Below, piece by piece: positions 52,398-62,528 of a stretch of 64,000 nucleotides of DNA. Both the position numbers and the translations under genes were made by a program. Below the pieces are notes generated by a model that saw only the letters and a list, made by a program, of their open reading frames with translations, ran no database searches and was not told the origin of the DNA. Source of the stretch: Deltaproteobacteria bacterium (GTDB lineage: Bacteria > Myxococcota_A > UBA796 > SXON01); NCBI GenBank assembly GCA_014191855.1, contig BJHF01000027.1:488-64487 (forward strand), in the 5' to 3' direction. The stretch's first letter is position 1. Each line of letters begins with the position of its first letter.

Positions 52398-53582
52398 TCA
52401 CTCCCCCCGCGCCCACCCCAGCAACAACGCCCGCTCCTCGTCCGTCATCCCCGTGAGGTTACCGAGCGGCATCGCGCGGCTCTCCACCTGCGCGCCGATC
52501 TTCTCGCGGTTCGCCACGATCACCGCCGGGTCCTGCAAGGAGAGCCCCTTCGGCGGCTCCACGAACCCCGCTTGTGTCGGCTCTGCGGCATGGCAGGGCA
52601 TGCAGCGCGCCGCGATGATCATCTGCGCCTGCGTAAGTGTGACGGCCGCCTCGCCCGAGGCCGTGCGCGAGACCGGTGCCTTGTACGTCGCCACCGCCAC
52701 GATCAGCAAGCCGGCGGCTCCGATCCACGAGATCACGAACGGCCGCGGCGCGCCTTGTCCGCGCAGGTTGTAGCCGTGGCGGATGCACACACCGAGCACA
52801 CACACCACGGGCACCACCAGCCACCCGAGCGCGTGTCCCCACACGTTGGGGTAGTGGTTGCTCACCATCACAAAAAGCGCAGGCAACGTGAGATAGTTGT
52901 TGTGCAACGAGCGCAGCGCCCCGGCCGCGCCCTTCTCAAGCGGGAGCGGTTTGTTCCCCACCATGGCGTCCACCAGCGCGCGCTGCCCGGGGATGATGAC
53001 GAAGAACACATTCGCGGCCATGATCGTGCCGATCATCGCGCCGAGGTGCATCGCGGCAGCGCGGGCTGCCATCACCGAGAACAGCCCGAACGAAGCCGCA
53101 ACCAGCAGCACGAGCCCAAGCGCGGCGAACACGCGGGGCTGCTTCGCCAGTGGCGACCGACACAATCCGTCGTACACGAACCACCCCAGCACGAGCGCAC
53201 CGGCGGCCACACCCACGGCCGCCCCGCTGGAGAGGTCGCGCACGGCCGTGTCGATCATCATGGCCTTGGCTTCGAGCCAGTACGTCGTGATCAGCAGGAG
53301 GAACCCGGTGATCCAGGTGAAGTAGGCCTCGTACATGAACCAGTGGAGCGTCGCCGGCAGCGCGGCGGGCGCGCCGCCGAACTTCGAGGCCCGGTAGAAC
53401 GCGCCGCCGTGGATGGCCCACACTTCGCCCTTCACCCCGGGGTTCGCGTCCGCGGATTCCGGAGGCCGAACGTTGTTGTTGAGCCAGTTGAAGTAGAACG
53501 AGGCGCCGATCCAGGCAGCCCCCGTGACCAGGTGAAACCAGCGCAGGCTCATCGAGAGCCACGACAGGAGGTGGGCGTCCAT
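52398..53582 (-). CDS. puuD: membrane urate hydroxylase PuuD-like protein with C-terminal cytochrome c domain
   Basis: The start at ATG 53582 gives MDAHLLSWLSMSLRWFHLVTGAAWIGASFYFNWL, a PuuD-type N-terminus. Multiple TM helices follow. The C-terminus has a CMPCH heme-binding motif. It lies next to allB, alc-uraD and uraH. Confidence 0.8.
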   Translation of the reverse strand: MDAHLLSWLSMSLRWFHLVTGAAWIGASFYFNWLNNNVRPPESADANPGVKGEVWAIHGGAFYRASKFGGAPAALPATLHWFMYEAYFTWITGFLLLITTYWLEAKAMMIDTAVRDLSSGAAVGVAAGALVLGWFVYDGLCRSPLAKQPRVFAALGLVLLVAASFGLFSVMAARAAAMHLGAMIGTIMAANVFFVIIPGQRALVDAMVGNKPLPLEKGAAGALRSLHNNYLTLPALFVMVSNHYPNVWGHALGWLVVPVVCVLGVCIRHGYNLRGQGAPRPFVISWIGAAGLLIVAVATYKAPVSRTASGEAAVTLTQAQMIIAARCMPCHAAEPTQAGFVEPPKGLSLQDPAVIVANREKIGAQVESRAMPLGNLTGMTDEERALLLGWARGE

Positions 53583-53621
53583 TGCGGCACGGTAGCACGG
53601 CGGCGTGGTACCGTTGCGCCG

Positions 53622-54968
53622 ATGCACGGCACCGCCCTCTTCAGCCGACGGGTACTCTTGAACGGCCGCACCGCACCCGCGACGGTGCGGGTGGAAGCCG
53701 GGCGCATCACGGCGATCGACGCGGAGGTTCACGATCTGAGGGCGGCGGACCTCGGTGACGACGTGCTCATGGCGGGCCTGGTCGACGCGCACGTGCACAT
53801 CAACGAACCCGGGCGCACCGAGTGGGAGGGTTTCGCGACGGCCACGCGCGCGGCGGCGGCGGGGGGCGTCACCACGCTCGTGGACATGCCGCTCAACAGC
53901 ATCCCGGTCACGACGACGCTTGAGGCGCTCCACGAAAAGATTGCCGCTACCGAGGGAAAGCTGTTTGTGGACGTCGGTTTCTGGGGCGGCGTGATCCCGG
54001 GGAACGCCGGGGAATTGAGCGCCATGGCGCGCGCTGGCGCCCGCGGCTTCAAGTGTTTTCTGTGCCCCAGCGGCATCGACGACTTCCCGCGCTCCACCGG
54101 CGAGGACCTCCGGATCGCGATGCCGATCCTGCAAGCGGCCGGCGTGCCATTGCTGGTGCATGCTGAGCTGGAGGCCGAACTCGCATCCGCAGAAATGGAT
54201 TCAAATCCAGCCAGTTACCGCACCTACCTTCACAGCCGTCCGAAGGAGTGGGAGGACAACGCGGTCGCGATGATCGTGGACCTCGTGCGCACCACCGGCT
54301 GCGCCGCGCACATCGTGCACCTCTCTTCGGCCAGCGCGCTCCCGATCGTGCGCGCCGCGAAGGCGGAGGGGCTGCCGCTCACCGCCGAAACCTGCCCGCA
54401 CTACCTGTGCTTGACCGCGGAAGAGGTCCCCGATGGCGCCACCGCCTACAAGTGCGCCCCGCCGATCCGCGAGGCCGCGAACCGCGATGCCCTCTGGGCG
54501 GCCCTCGCCGCGGGCACGCTGGACTTCGTCGTCACCGATCACAGTCCGTGTACGCCGGGCCTCAAGCGGCCGGAGACCGGGAACTTCCTCGAAGCGTGGG
54601 GCGGGATCGCCTCCCTGCAGCTCGGGCTTCGCAGCGTGTGGACCGAGGCCCGCAGGCGCGGGTATTCCCTCGGCGACATCGCCCGCTGGATGTCCGCCGG
54701 GCCGGCGAAGCTGGCCGGGTTCACGGATCGCGGCGCGCTGCGCGTCGGAGCACGCGCCGACCTCGTGCGCTGGCGGCCGGAGAGCGTGGGCGTCGTCGAC
54801 CCTGTCGCGCTCTTCCATCGCCACCCGATCACCCCCTACGCCGGCCGCACCCTCGACGGCGCGGTGGTAGACGTGTGGCTCGGCGGCCACCGCATCGTGG
54901 CGGGCGGCCTCCCCATCGGCGAGGCCACCGGTCGGCCGGTGCTCACGCCGCGCGCTCCCCTCCCCTGA
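53622..54968 (+). CDS. allB: allantoinase
   Basis: GLVDAHVHINEPGRTEWEGF...FKCFL...VHAE...HIVHLSS...TAETCPHYL...VVTDHSP are cyclic-amidohydrolase/allantoinase motifs. The start was set at ATG 53622. Confidence 0.93.
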   Translation: MHGTALFSRRVLLNGRTAPATVRVEAGRITAIDAEVHDLRAADLGDDVLMAGLVDAHVHINEPGRTEWEGFATATRAAAAGGVTTLVDMPLNSIPVTTTLEALHEKIAATEGKLFVDVGFWGGVIPGNAGELSAMARAGARGFKCFLCPSGIDDFPRSTGEDLRIAMPILQAAGVPLLVHAELEAELASAEMDSNPASYRTYLHSRPKEWEDNAVAMIVDLVRTTGCAAHIVHLSSASALPIVRAAKAEGLPLTAETCPHYLCLTAEEVPDGATAYKCAPPIREAANRDALWAALAAGTLDFVVTDHSPCTPGLKRPETGNFLEAWGGIASLQLGLRSVWTEARRRGYSLGDIARWMSAGPAKLAGFTDRGALRVGARADLVRWRPESVGVVDPVALFHRHPITPYAGRTLDGAVVDVWLGGHRIVAGGLPIGEATGRPVLTPRAPLP

Positions 54969-54980
54969 ATCGGACCCAAC

Positions 54981-56525
54981 ATGGCGGAAATCGTCGGTAC
55001 TCCTGCGCTCTTCACGGGACTCGTTGATCTGGCGGCCGCCGCGCTCGGCGGCGAAGCCCTGCTCACCAGCGATGATTTCTTCGCGGGGATGGAGAACCTG
55101 CTCAAGACGGCGCCGGCCGCCTTCGACCCAACGACCTACACGCCCTACGGCAAGGAGATGGATGGCTGGGAGTCGCGACGAAAGCGCGTACCCGGTCACG
55201 ACTGGTGCATCGTGCGGCTGGGCGTCCCGGGCCGCATCCGCGCGGTGGATATCGACACCGCCCACTTCCTCGGCAACCACGCGCCGTTCGCCTCCCTCGA
55301 TGGCTGCAACGTCGCCGCCGACACCTCGCCCGAAGCACTCCGCGACGAGGTGAACTGGACGCCGCTCGTCCCGGAAACCCCGATGAAGCGCGGGTCCCCG
55401 AACGTGCAGGCGGTCCGGAACCAGGGCGTGTTCACCCATGTGCGACTGAACATGATCCCCGACGGAGGCATCGCGAGGCTTCGCGTGTACGGCGAGCCGG
55501 TGCCCGTCGGGGCGCATGGCGGGAACGGCGAAGCCCCCCCCGAGATCGACCTGGCGGCCATCGAGAACGGCGGAACCCCGCTCGTTGCGAGCGACAGCTT
55601 CTTCTCCCCCATGACCAACCTCGTGCTCCCCGGCGAGTCGCCGATCATGAGCAACGGCTGGGAAACGCGCCGCAGCCGCCCGCCGGGAATGGACTGGATC
55701 ATCCTGCGCCTTGGCCGACCGGGCACGCTCACGCGCGTCACCCTGCAAACGCACCACTTCCGCGGCAATTACCCCGACCGCGCCGCCGTGGATGCGCTCC
55801 ATTGGCCCGACGCACCCCCCTCCCGCCTGGTGAACCACCCCGACTGGACCGAGATCATCCCCTCCACCAAGATGCGGGCCCACGAGAGCGTCGATCTTGC
55901 GGTCACGACGCCCGGCCCGTGGACGCACCTGCGCCTCCGTATCGTCCCCGACGGCGGCATCTCCCGGCTCCGCGCCTGGGGCAAGCCTAGTCGCGACGCG
56001 CCGTGGGACCCGACGGGGCTCGTGGTGAGGATCAATGCGATGAACGACAGCGCGGCGACCGAGGCGCTGTCGCGCGTTTGCGGCAGTCGGCGGTGGGTGG
56101 CGGCGATGCGCGCGACGCGCCCCTTCGCCTCGACGACCCACCTGTTCGGCGAGGCGGAGACCGCGTGGTGGCGCCTCGGCGATGGCGACTGGAAGGAGGC
56201 GTTCGCGCACCATCCGAAAATCGGCGCCGATCCGGCTGCGCTCCGCGAGAAGTTCGGAACCACCGCATCATGGGCCGCGGGGGAGCAGGCCGGGGTCGCG
56301 GCGGCGGACGAAACGACGATCCAGGCGCTGGCCGCCGGGAACGCCGCCTATGAAGCGCGCTTCGGGTTCATCTTCATCGTCTGTGCCAGCGGGCTGAGCG
56401 CCGCGGAGATGTTGGCTCGTCTGGTCGAGCGGATGCCCAACGAGCCCGCGGCCGAGCTGCGCATCGCGGCCGGCGAGCAGGCGAAGATCACGCGATTGCG
56501 GCTTGAAAAGCTGGCAGGAGTCTGA
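54981..56525 (+). CDS. alc: allantoicase fused to OHCU decarboxylase
   Basis: Two allantoicase repeats (DGWESRRKR..GHDWCIVRLG, NGWETRRSRPPGMDWIILRLG). The C-terminal approximately 165 aa (LSRVCGSRRWVAAM...AFAHHPKIG...FGFIFIVCASG...AAGEQAKITRLRLEKL) form a UraD/OHCU decarboxylase domain. Confidence 0.88.
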   Translation: MAEIVGTPALFTGLVDLAAAALGGEALLTSDDFFAGMENLLKTAPAAFDPTTYTPYGKEMDGWESRRKRVPGHDWCIVRLGVPGRIRAVDIDTAHFLGNHAPFASLDGCNVAADTSPEALRDEVNWTPLVPETPMKRGSPNVQAVRNQGVFTHVRLNMIPDGGIARLRVYGEPVPVGAHGGNGEAPPEIDLAAIENGGTPLVASDSFFSPMTNLVLPGESPIMSNGWETRRSRPPGMDWIILRLGRPGTLTRVTLQTHHFRGNYPDRAAVDALHWPDAPPSRLVNHPDWTEIIPSTKMRAHESVDLAVTTPGPWTHLRLRIVPDGGISRLRAWGKPSRDAPWDPTGLVVRINAMNDSAATEALSRVCGSRRWVAAMRATRPFASTTHLFGEAETAWWRLGDGDWKEAFAHHPKIGADPAALREKFGTTASWAAGEQAGVAAADETTIQALAAGNAAYEARFGFIFIVCASGLSAAEMLARLVERMPNEPAAELRIAAGEQAKITRLRLEKLAGV

Positions 56526-56529
56526 GCGA

Positions 56530-56868
56530 ATGGCCTCCCCCCTCACCACCCATGTGCTCGACACGGCCAACGGGGTCCCCGCCGCCGGCGTCGCCGTCAC
56601 CCTCACCCGACTCGACGGTGGCGCGCGCGAGCTGGCCCGCGGCACGACCAACGCGGACGGCCGGATTCCGGAGCTGGTCTCCCCCCGCGTGTTCGATGTC
56701 GGTCGGTATGTGCTGCGCTTCGAGGTCGCCGACTACTTCGCCGCGCTCGGCACGCCCTGCTTCTTCCCCTGGGCGGAGCTGGTGTTCGACGTCACGGACC
56801 TGTCGCGCCACCACCACGTTCCGCTGCTCGTGTCGCCGTACAGCTACTCAACGTACCGGGGGAGTTAG
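56530..56868 (+). CDS. uraH: 5-hydroxyisourate hydrolase
   Basis: LTTHVLDTANGVPAAGV...HHHVPLLVSPYSYSTYRGS is the transthyretin-like HIU hydrolase signature with a YRGS C-terminus. Confidence 0.92.
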   Translation: MASPLTTHVLDTANGVPAAGVAVTLTRLDGGARELARGTTNADGRIPELVSPRVFDVGRYVLRFEVADYFAALGTPCFFPWAELVFDVTDLSRHHHVPLLVSPYSYSTYRGS

Positions 56869-58145
56869 GGCCGCGCAAACCCCCCAAATCCCGCCACCCG
56901 ATCGAGAAACCCAAACGCCGTCCCCAGCTCCGCCGAGAGCGTCCACCGTGTGGCACCTTCGGCGTCCACCTCCTCCAACGCTCCGGCCGAGGCCCAGTCG
57001 ATGAACGTCGAGCCGTCGTCGGCCCGATCGACGTCCCCCAACGCAAACACCCAAACTGGCGGGTCGCTGATGTGGGTCCACACTGGGGTCGCCATTCCGT
57101 CGCTGATCGCGTATTCAATCACCCGCGAATCCTCGCTCGACGAACGGTTGTCGAACACCAACGCCGAGTCTCCCGACCACTGAAACTGGTGCTGCAGGAG
57201 CAGTTCGTCGCCTTCGTCTGCAAATTTGTAGTCGCTCGACGGCCCCCCAAATTGCCGAAGCACCGCCCCTGTCGATCGCTCCACCTCCACCAGCGCCCCC
57301 ATCTGCCGGAAGCCGGCGGTGTACACGCCGGACTCGTCGTCAAAGTCCATCGCGTTCCCACCGGTCCACTCCCCGTCTCCCGGGATCGTGTCCAACTCGG
57401 GGTCCCACAGGTCAAACGTCGAGAAGATGTCGACTTCGGCGCCGCTCTCGAGGTCCAGCTCGGTGATGGTGTTCCCGATCACCGCCGCGCCCTCCACCTC
57501 GCGCCGATCGTAGTTCAAGAACGCGATCGTCCCCGTCTCCAGCTCCAGATAATCATGGGAGAACTCCGCGATCTCGTGTCGCTCCAGCTCCACGCCGTTC
57601 CAATCGAGGCCGATGAGATACGACGGGTCCGACTTGTCGGTACGCGCGGCCGGAACCGCCCAAACGCCCCGGCCATCCTTTCGTTCGCGCACCCGGACGA
57701 GGCGCCCGTCGGCCGGCACCTCCACAAACCACACCGGCGCGCCCTCCTCGTCCAGCACCACGGCCCACTGGCTCTCGCCCATGAGTGAGGTGACCAGGAA
57801 GCCGCTCCAGCCGGGCGCACCCGTGGTCGACCAGCTCGGAAACGCCGCTGGCAGCGGGCCCGTCGTGAACGGAATCGCCTCTCCCGGGCTCCCAGACTCG
57901 GCCTCGATGTGAATGGAATACTCCGTATCTGCGCGAAGCCCAAGCACCGCCACCGACACGACGCCCGCGCCCGCGTCCTGCCACTCGCCACGCACCCGAA
58001 CCCCCTCCCCGTCCTCCGCGATCAGCCGCGTGCGACTCTCCGCTGCGGCGGTCCACGTGGCGTTGCCCACCGTGCTCACGCCGGCGGACCCCAGCACGAC
58101 CAGCCCGTAGCCATCGCAAGCCACCATCGCGAGCAGCCCGATCAC
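56865..58145 (-). CDS. lipoprotein, arylsulfotransferase (ASST)-like beta-propeller family (paralogue of 62529..63887)
   Basis: MIGLLAMVAC is a lipobox. An N-terminal Fn3-like block is followed by repeated beta-propeller-like segments. The overall layout parallels 62529..63887. The GTG start overlaps the upstream stop (GTGA). Confidence 0.75.
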   Translation of the reverse strand: MIGLLAMVACDGYGLVVLGSAGVSTVGNATWTAAAESRTRLIAEDGEGVRVRGEWQDAGAGVVSVAVLGLRADTEYSIHIEAESGSPGEAIPFTTGPLPAAFPSWSTTGAPGWSGFLVTSLMGESQWAVVLDEEGAPVWFVEVPADGRLVRVRERKDGRGVWAVPAARTDKSDPSYLIGLDWNGVELERHEIAEFSHDYLELETGTIAFLNYDRREVEGAAVIGNTITELDLESGAEVDIFSTFDLWDPELDTIPGDGEWTGGNAMDFDDESGVYTAGFRQMGALVEVERSTGAVLRQFGGPSSDYKFADEGDELLLQHQFQWSGDSALVFDNRSSSEDSRVIEYAISDGMATPVWTHISDPPVWVFALGDVDRADDGSTFIDWASAGALEEVDAEGATRWTLSAELGTAFGFLDRVAGFGGFARP

Positions 58146-59260
58146 GCGGCTCCCTTCCGGGCGGCGATCACCCGCGCATAGAGGCCTTCAAGCTCCCCGA
58201 TCACCGAGTCCCACCCGTACTGCGCCGCCTTGGTTCGCGCGGCCACTTCCCACAAACCACGATCCTCGAGGTCGCGCGCCCGCTGGATGTCCGCAGCCGC
58301 CCGCGCTGGGTCGCCATAGTCGGTGAGCACGCCCGTCGGCCCGTCCACAAAGTACCGAAACGCGCGATTGTCCTGGAGAACGGGCACCAACCCCGCGGCC
58401 ATCGTCTCGACGACGGAGATCCCGAAGCTCTCGTACTCGGCGGGCCACAGCCCGAGGTCGGCGGTGCGAACGGCTTCCATCATCGTCTCGGCCGCCACCT
58501 TGCCCGAGAACGTGACCCGATCGCTGAGTTTCAGCGCGTTCCGCTCCTCGGTGAGGCTTCGCAGGAGTCCGTCCACCACCTCCGGCCCGATCACGTTCGC
58601 GTGGAAGGGGCGAGGGTCGCGGTCTCGCAGGGCCGCCAACGTGCGCAGCAGCGGCGCGATGCCCTTGTGCACGTCCACCCGACCGAGCGTGACGAATTGC
58701 CCAGGTTGGGGAACCCGTTCGATGGCTTGCCACGGCGCAAGGTCCACCGCGTTGCGGATCATCACGCCGCGGTCCGTGAGCGGCGAGAACAGGTCGCGGT
58801 CCTGGTCGGAGGTGTAGACCAGCGCGTCCACGCTGTTGACCAATAGCCGCGTCATCGTCTCGAACCACGCCCGTTGTCGCCGCCGAGCGTAGCCGGTGTG
58901 GAAGAAGCCGCCGTGGGTGGAGAGCACGATCGGCTTGCGGTGGATCGGCCGCGTGGCCACGAGCCAGTCCGCCAGGAAGTCCACGGCGTGCACATGCACC
59001 ACGTCGTAGTTCGCGACGTGCTTCAGCACGCTCGGCGCCACGGGGTAGCGCGTGCTGCCCCGGAACGGCACCCGGGCGATGCCGACGCCGTTGAGCGTCT
59101 CCGACGCGGGAAGCGCGCGTCCATCCTCGAATGCTCGGTTCAGGGTGACTACGTCCGCGGTGTGGCCGCGCGCCACGAGCGCCTCTGCGAGCCACTGCAC
59201 ATGGCGTTCGATCCCGCCGATGTTCGGCCAGAAGACACGCGCGACGAGCAGCACCCGCAT
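58142..59260 (-). CDS. GT4-family glycosyltransferase
   Basis: The start at ATG 59260 gives MRVLLVARVFWPNIGGIERHV. The C-terminal EYESFGISVVETMAAGLPV is the GT4 EX7E region. Confidence 0.88.
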   Translation of the reverse strand: MRVLLVARVFWPNIGGIERHVQWLAEALVARGHTADVVTLNRAFEDGRALPASETLNGVGIARVPFRGSTRYPVAPSVLKHVANYDVVHVHAVDFLADWLVATRPIHRKPIVLSTHGGFFHTGYARRRQRAWFETMTRLLVNSVDALVYTSDQDRDLFSPLTDRGVMIRNAVDLAPWQAIERVPQPGQFVTLGRVDVHKGIAPLLRTLAALRDRDPRPFHANVIGPEVVDGLLRSLTEERNALKLSDRVTFSGKVAAETMMEAVRTADLGLWPAEYESFGISVVETMAAGLVPVLQDNRAFRYFVDGPTGVLTDYGDPARAAADIQRARDLEDRGLWEVAARTKAAQYGWDSVIGELEGLYARVIAARKGAA

Positions 59261-59305
59261 CCGGCGCCCTAACCCCCTCCGGGCGCGGTTACGCTGCCCC
59301 CGCCG

Positions 59306-60823
59306 ATGGCCAGCCCGTCTCCCTTCGCCGACTTCGGGAGCGACCCCTCGCGGCAGTTCGCGATCCCGCTGCTCATCACCGTGCCGATGGCCCTGGCGCT
59401 CGCGTTTGGCGGCCCGCAATACATGGCGGCGCTGGCGATCGTGGGGGTCGGCGGCGGGTTGTTCCTCGCCAACCCGAAGATCTTCATCCTCGTGTTCCTC
59501 ACGCTCATCTCGATGCGGAACTTCGTGGCGGGCGGCGATCGCATCAACGTCGGCGGTTTTGACTTCGATCTCGGCGGGCTCGTGAACGTGCTCGCCACCG
59601 GCATCGGCTTCGTCTACTTCCTCGTGTTGTGGAAGAACCCGTTCAAGGGGCGCTCCCTCACCGTTCCGTATGGCGCCTTCCTCGCTTTGTTCGCCGTTTC
59701 CATGGCGTGGGCCGACGAAACCCGGTGGTCCTCACGCTTCGTCACCCGCCTCGCGGCCCCGTTCTTCACCTACCTCATCATCTCCGACATGCTCGACAAA
59801 CGCATGATGCGGCAGGTCATCAACGCGATCTACATGAGCTCGGCGATCCCCATCGTCTATGGGTTCTACCAGTGGGCCACGGGCCAAGGGAACGACATCA
59901 CCGAGGGGTACGTCCGGGTCAATTCCAGCTTCTTCCATCCTGCCCACTTCTCGATGTACCTCACCTTCCTGTTCTGTCTCGCCTACGCCGAGTTCCTCGA
60001 CGAGGCGAAGTCGAACCGGGGCCTGCGCCTGCTCTACATCGGCTGTCTCGTCGCGCTCGAGATCAGCACCTACACCCGGATCAGTTGGGTCGCGATGCTG
60101 GTGTGCTGGGTGTACCTGAGCTGGGTGTACAAAAAGCGCACCTACCTCGTGGCGGGCGGCCTGATCGGCGCCTTCGGACTGGTTGCGTTCGGCGGCGGCA
60201 TCGTCGCGCGAATGTTGGATGCCTCAAGCGCCTTCGATGCGAGCGTGGGAGACGTCTACGATCTCAACACCTCCGTTGGCTGGCGCCTCTACTTCTGGGA
60301 CGAGCTCACGCGTCGGTTCTGGGAGAACCCCTGGCTCGGCCACGGCGCGGGCAGCTCGGTCATGCTCGGGGTGGAGCTGTTCGGCCAGGAAGCCGCCCCG
60401 CACAACGGCTATCTGCGCGTGGCCTACGAAACCGGCTGGGCGGGGGTGATCCTGTTCGGTTGGGTGCTCGGCACCATGATGTGGCAGGGCTTCCGGCTCA
60501 TCCGGCGGCGCAGCAACGGCGGCCTGGCGATGGTGTCACACGTGTACGTGACCATGACCATCAGCTATGTCATGCTCAACGCCACCGACAACATCCTGGA
60601 GTATTACGAGGTGGCCATCTACCAGTGGGCGATCCTCTCCCTGGTCGAGTACAACAACGTACGTGCGGCGCGCAGCGGCTACATCGAGGTGGCGCGCTTT
60701 GAGGAAAATGTGGAGGTGGAAGCCGAGGAGCTGCAAGAAGTGGCTGCCCAGATCGAGGCGGACGAAGCCGCGGCGCTGGAGGCCGCGGCGGCGGCGAAGC
60801 TGGGGCCGAGGTTTGGGAGGTAG
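59306..60823 (+). CDS. O-antigen ligase/polymerase (Wzy_C) family membrane protein with acidic coiled C-tail
   Basis: About 11 TM helices. The periplasmic loop ...GHGAGSS...APHNGYLRVAYETGWAG is a Wzy_C signature. Confidence 0.85.
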   Translation: MASPSPFADFGSDPSRQFAIPLLITVPMALALAFGGPQYMAALAIVGVGGGLFLANPKIFILVFLTLISMRNFVAGGDRINVGGFDFDLGGLVNVLATGIGFVYFLVLWKNPFKGRSLTVPYGAFLALFAVSMAWADETRWSSRFVTRLAAPFFTYLIISDMLDKRMMRQVINAIYMSSAIPIVYGFYQWATGQGNDITEGYVRVNSSFFHPAHFSMYLTFLFCLAYAEFLDEAKSNRGLRLLYIGCLVALEISTYTRISWVAMLVCWVYLSWVYKKRTYLVAGGLIGAFGLVAFGGGIVARMLDASSAFDASVGDVYDLNTSVGWRLYFWDELTRRFWENPWLGHGAGSSVMLGVELFGQEAAPHNGYLRVAYETGWAGVILFGWVLGTMMWQGFRLIRRRSNGGLAMVSHVYVTMTISYVMLNATDNILEYYEVAIYQWAILSLVEYNNVRAARSGYIEVARFEENVEVEAEELQEVAAQIEADEAAALEAAAAAKLGPRFGR

Positions 60824-60955
60824 GGGGGGCGGGAGTAAGTCGGGACGATGACTGAAAACGCGAGCGCGGCAAAGCCCGGCGGAACGGGCCACGAGCGCTG
60901 GCGAGGGATGTGTGCGCTCGCCGGCTTGTCGCGGAAAATGTGCTACACTCCTCCC

Positions 60956-62437
60956 ATGTGGCTTCTTGTCGCCTGCGATCCTGCGCCACCTGCGCTGCCC
61001 TCCGATTCGTCGGAGGATATAGATTCAGCCCCGCCGGCCTCCGTAGGCGAGTCGTTCGATGTCGTCGTAGTCGGCACGGGACCGGCTGGCGTCGCGGCCG
61101 CCCTCGCGGCCGAAGACCAGGGCGCAACGGTAGTGATGTTCGAGCGGGCAACAGAGCCCGGCCAGGGCATGCGCTACGCCGGGACGGCAACCGCGGTAGA
61201 CACGCCGTGGCAACGAGCGATGGGCGTGGAGGATTCGGTCGAGCTCGCGAGCTCGGAGTGGCAAGGCATCACCGGTGAACCCTGCGATCTTCCTGGAGTC
61301 ATGGCCTATCTTGAGCAGAGCTCCAACGCGCTGGTGTGGCTTGAGCAGCACGGCTTCTCCATCGGTGCCCCAAAACCGTCCACGGACGAGGGTTCCGTAC
61401 CGCGCGCCCATGTGATCATGTGGCCGCCAGATGTCGCGCCGTTTACGGCGATCATGAGCGGCCGGGCCGCCGAGGTGCGCGTCGGCGTTGAGGTGAGCGG
61501 GCCGCTGCTGGCGGAGGGTCGCGTGGTTGGCGTGACCTGGCGCGATCTCCTCACCGGAGAGGTCGGCGAAACCCGGGCGGGCGCGGTCGTGCTCGCGACG
61601 GGCGGCTTCCTGCGCGACCTCGACGCGGTGAACGTGGTGCGTCCCGATCTCGCCGCCGCCGATCCGGTGTTCGAGTCGAGCCCCACCGCTACGGGGAACG
61701 GTCTGCCGTTTCTGGCGGCCATCGGTGCCGCCCGCCACAAACCTGAACAGATCGCGGCCTACCTGCACTCCATCCAGGATCCGCTCCGCGAGGAAGGCGA
61801 GGCCTTGAGCCTGTTCGGCATCAGCCATTTCATCCTCGTGGGAGCCAATGGCCTGCGGTTTACCGAGTCGGCGGGCTTGTCCGCCTTCGAGCCGGCCCTG
61901 GAGGCGCCCGAAGGCGGCACGTGGCTCCTCGGGGGAGGCGAGGAGCTCCCGTACGCCGGCTTCCAGCCGCCTGGGTTCAACTGGGCCGACCCGACCGTTG
62001 TCGAGGACTTCACCTTGGAGGAAGTGGTCGCCCTTGGCTCCACCGAAGTGTTCCTGAGCGACAGGCTGGACGATGCCGTGGCCGCGGCCGGGCTCGATCC
62101 CGACGCCGCGACGGAAATGGCCGACTACAACATGCTCGCGGCCATCGGTGGAGACGATGGCTTCGGCAACAGGCTCTCTCCCGACCATGCGGTCGAGGGG
62201 CCGCCGTGGGTGGTGATTCGCGTACATCCTGGCCTATCCAAGAACTTTGGCGGGGTGGCCACGGACGTGAGCGGCCACGTACTCGACGAGTCCGGTGTTC
62301 CGATTCCCGGGGTGTACGCCGCCGGCGAGGTTGCCGGCATGATCCCCGGTGGCGGTTCAGGCACGGGGTTCGCCGGCAGCGCCGGCGCCTGCTATTACGC
62401 CGGTTGGTTGACCGGAACCCTCGCCGCGACGGAGTGA
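60956..62437 (+). CDS. FAD-dependent oxidoreductase (FAD_binding_2 / fumarate-reductase-flavoprotein-like) with lipoprotein signal
   Basis: The start at ATG 60956 gives MWLLVAC (lipobox). DVVVVGTGPAGVAAAL is a GxGxxG dinucleotide-binding site. The C-terminal PIPGVYAAGEVAG is typical of this family. Confidence 0.8.
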   Translation: MWLLVACDPAPPALPSDSSEDIDSAPPASVGESFDVVVVGTGPAGVAAALAAEDQGATVVMFERATEPGQGMRYAGTATAVDTPWQRAMGVEDSVELASSEWQGITGEPCDLPGVMAYLEQSSNALVWLEQHGFSIGAPKPSTDEGSVPRAHVIMWPPDVAPFTAIMSGRAAEVRVGVEVSGPLLAEGRVVGVTWRDLLTGEVGETRAGAVVLATGGFLRDLDAVNVVRPDLAAADPVFESSPTATGNGLPFLAAIGAARHKPEQIAAYLHSIQDPLREEGEALSLFGISHFILVGANGLRFTESAGLSAFEPALEAPEGGTWLLGGGEELPYAGFQPPGFNWADPTVVEDFTLEEVVALGSTEVFLSDRLDDAVAAAGLDPDAATEMADYNMLAAIGGDDGFGNRLSPDHAVEGPPWVVIRVHPGLSKNFGGVATDVSGHVLDESGVPIPGVYAAGEVAGMIPGGGSGTGFAGSAGACYYAGWLTGTLAATE

Positions 62438-62528
62438 AGCCGTCCCGATAGCGTCCACGCAAGCTCCGCATTTCGAGCGCAGCGGCCTCCATGCGACGGG
62501 CTGAGGCGCGCCTCCGCAAACACGATGT

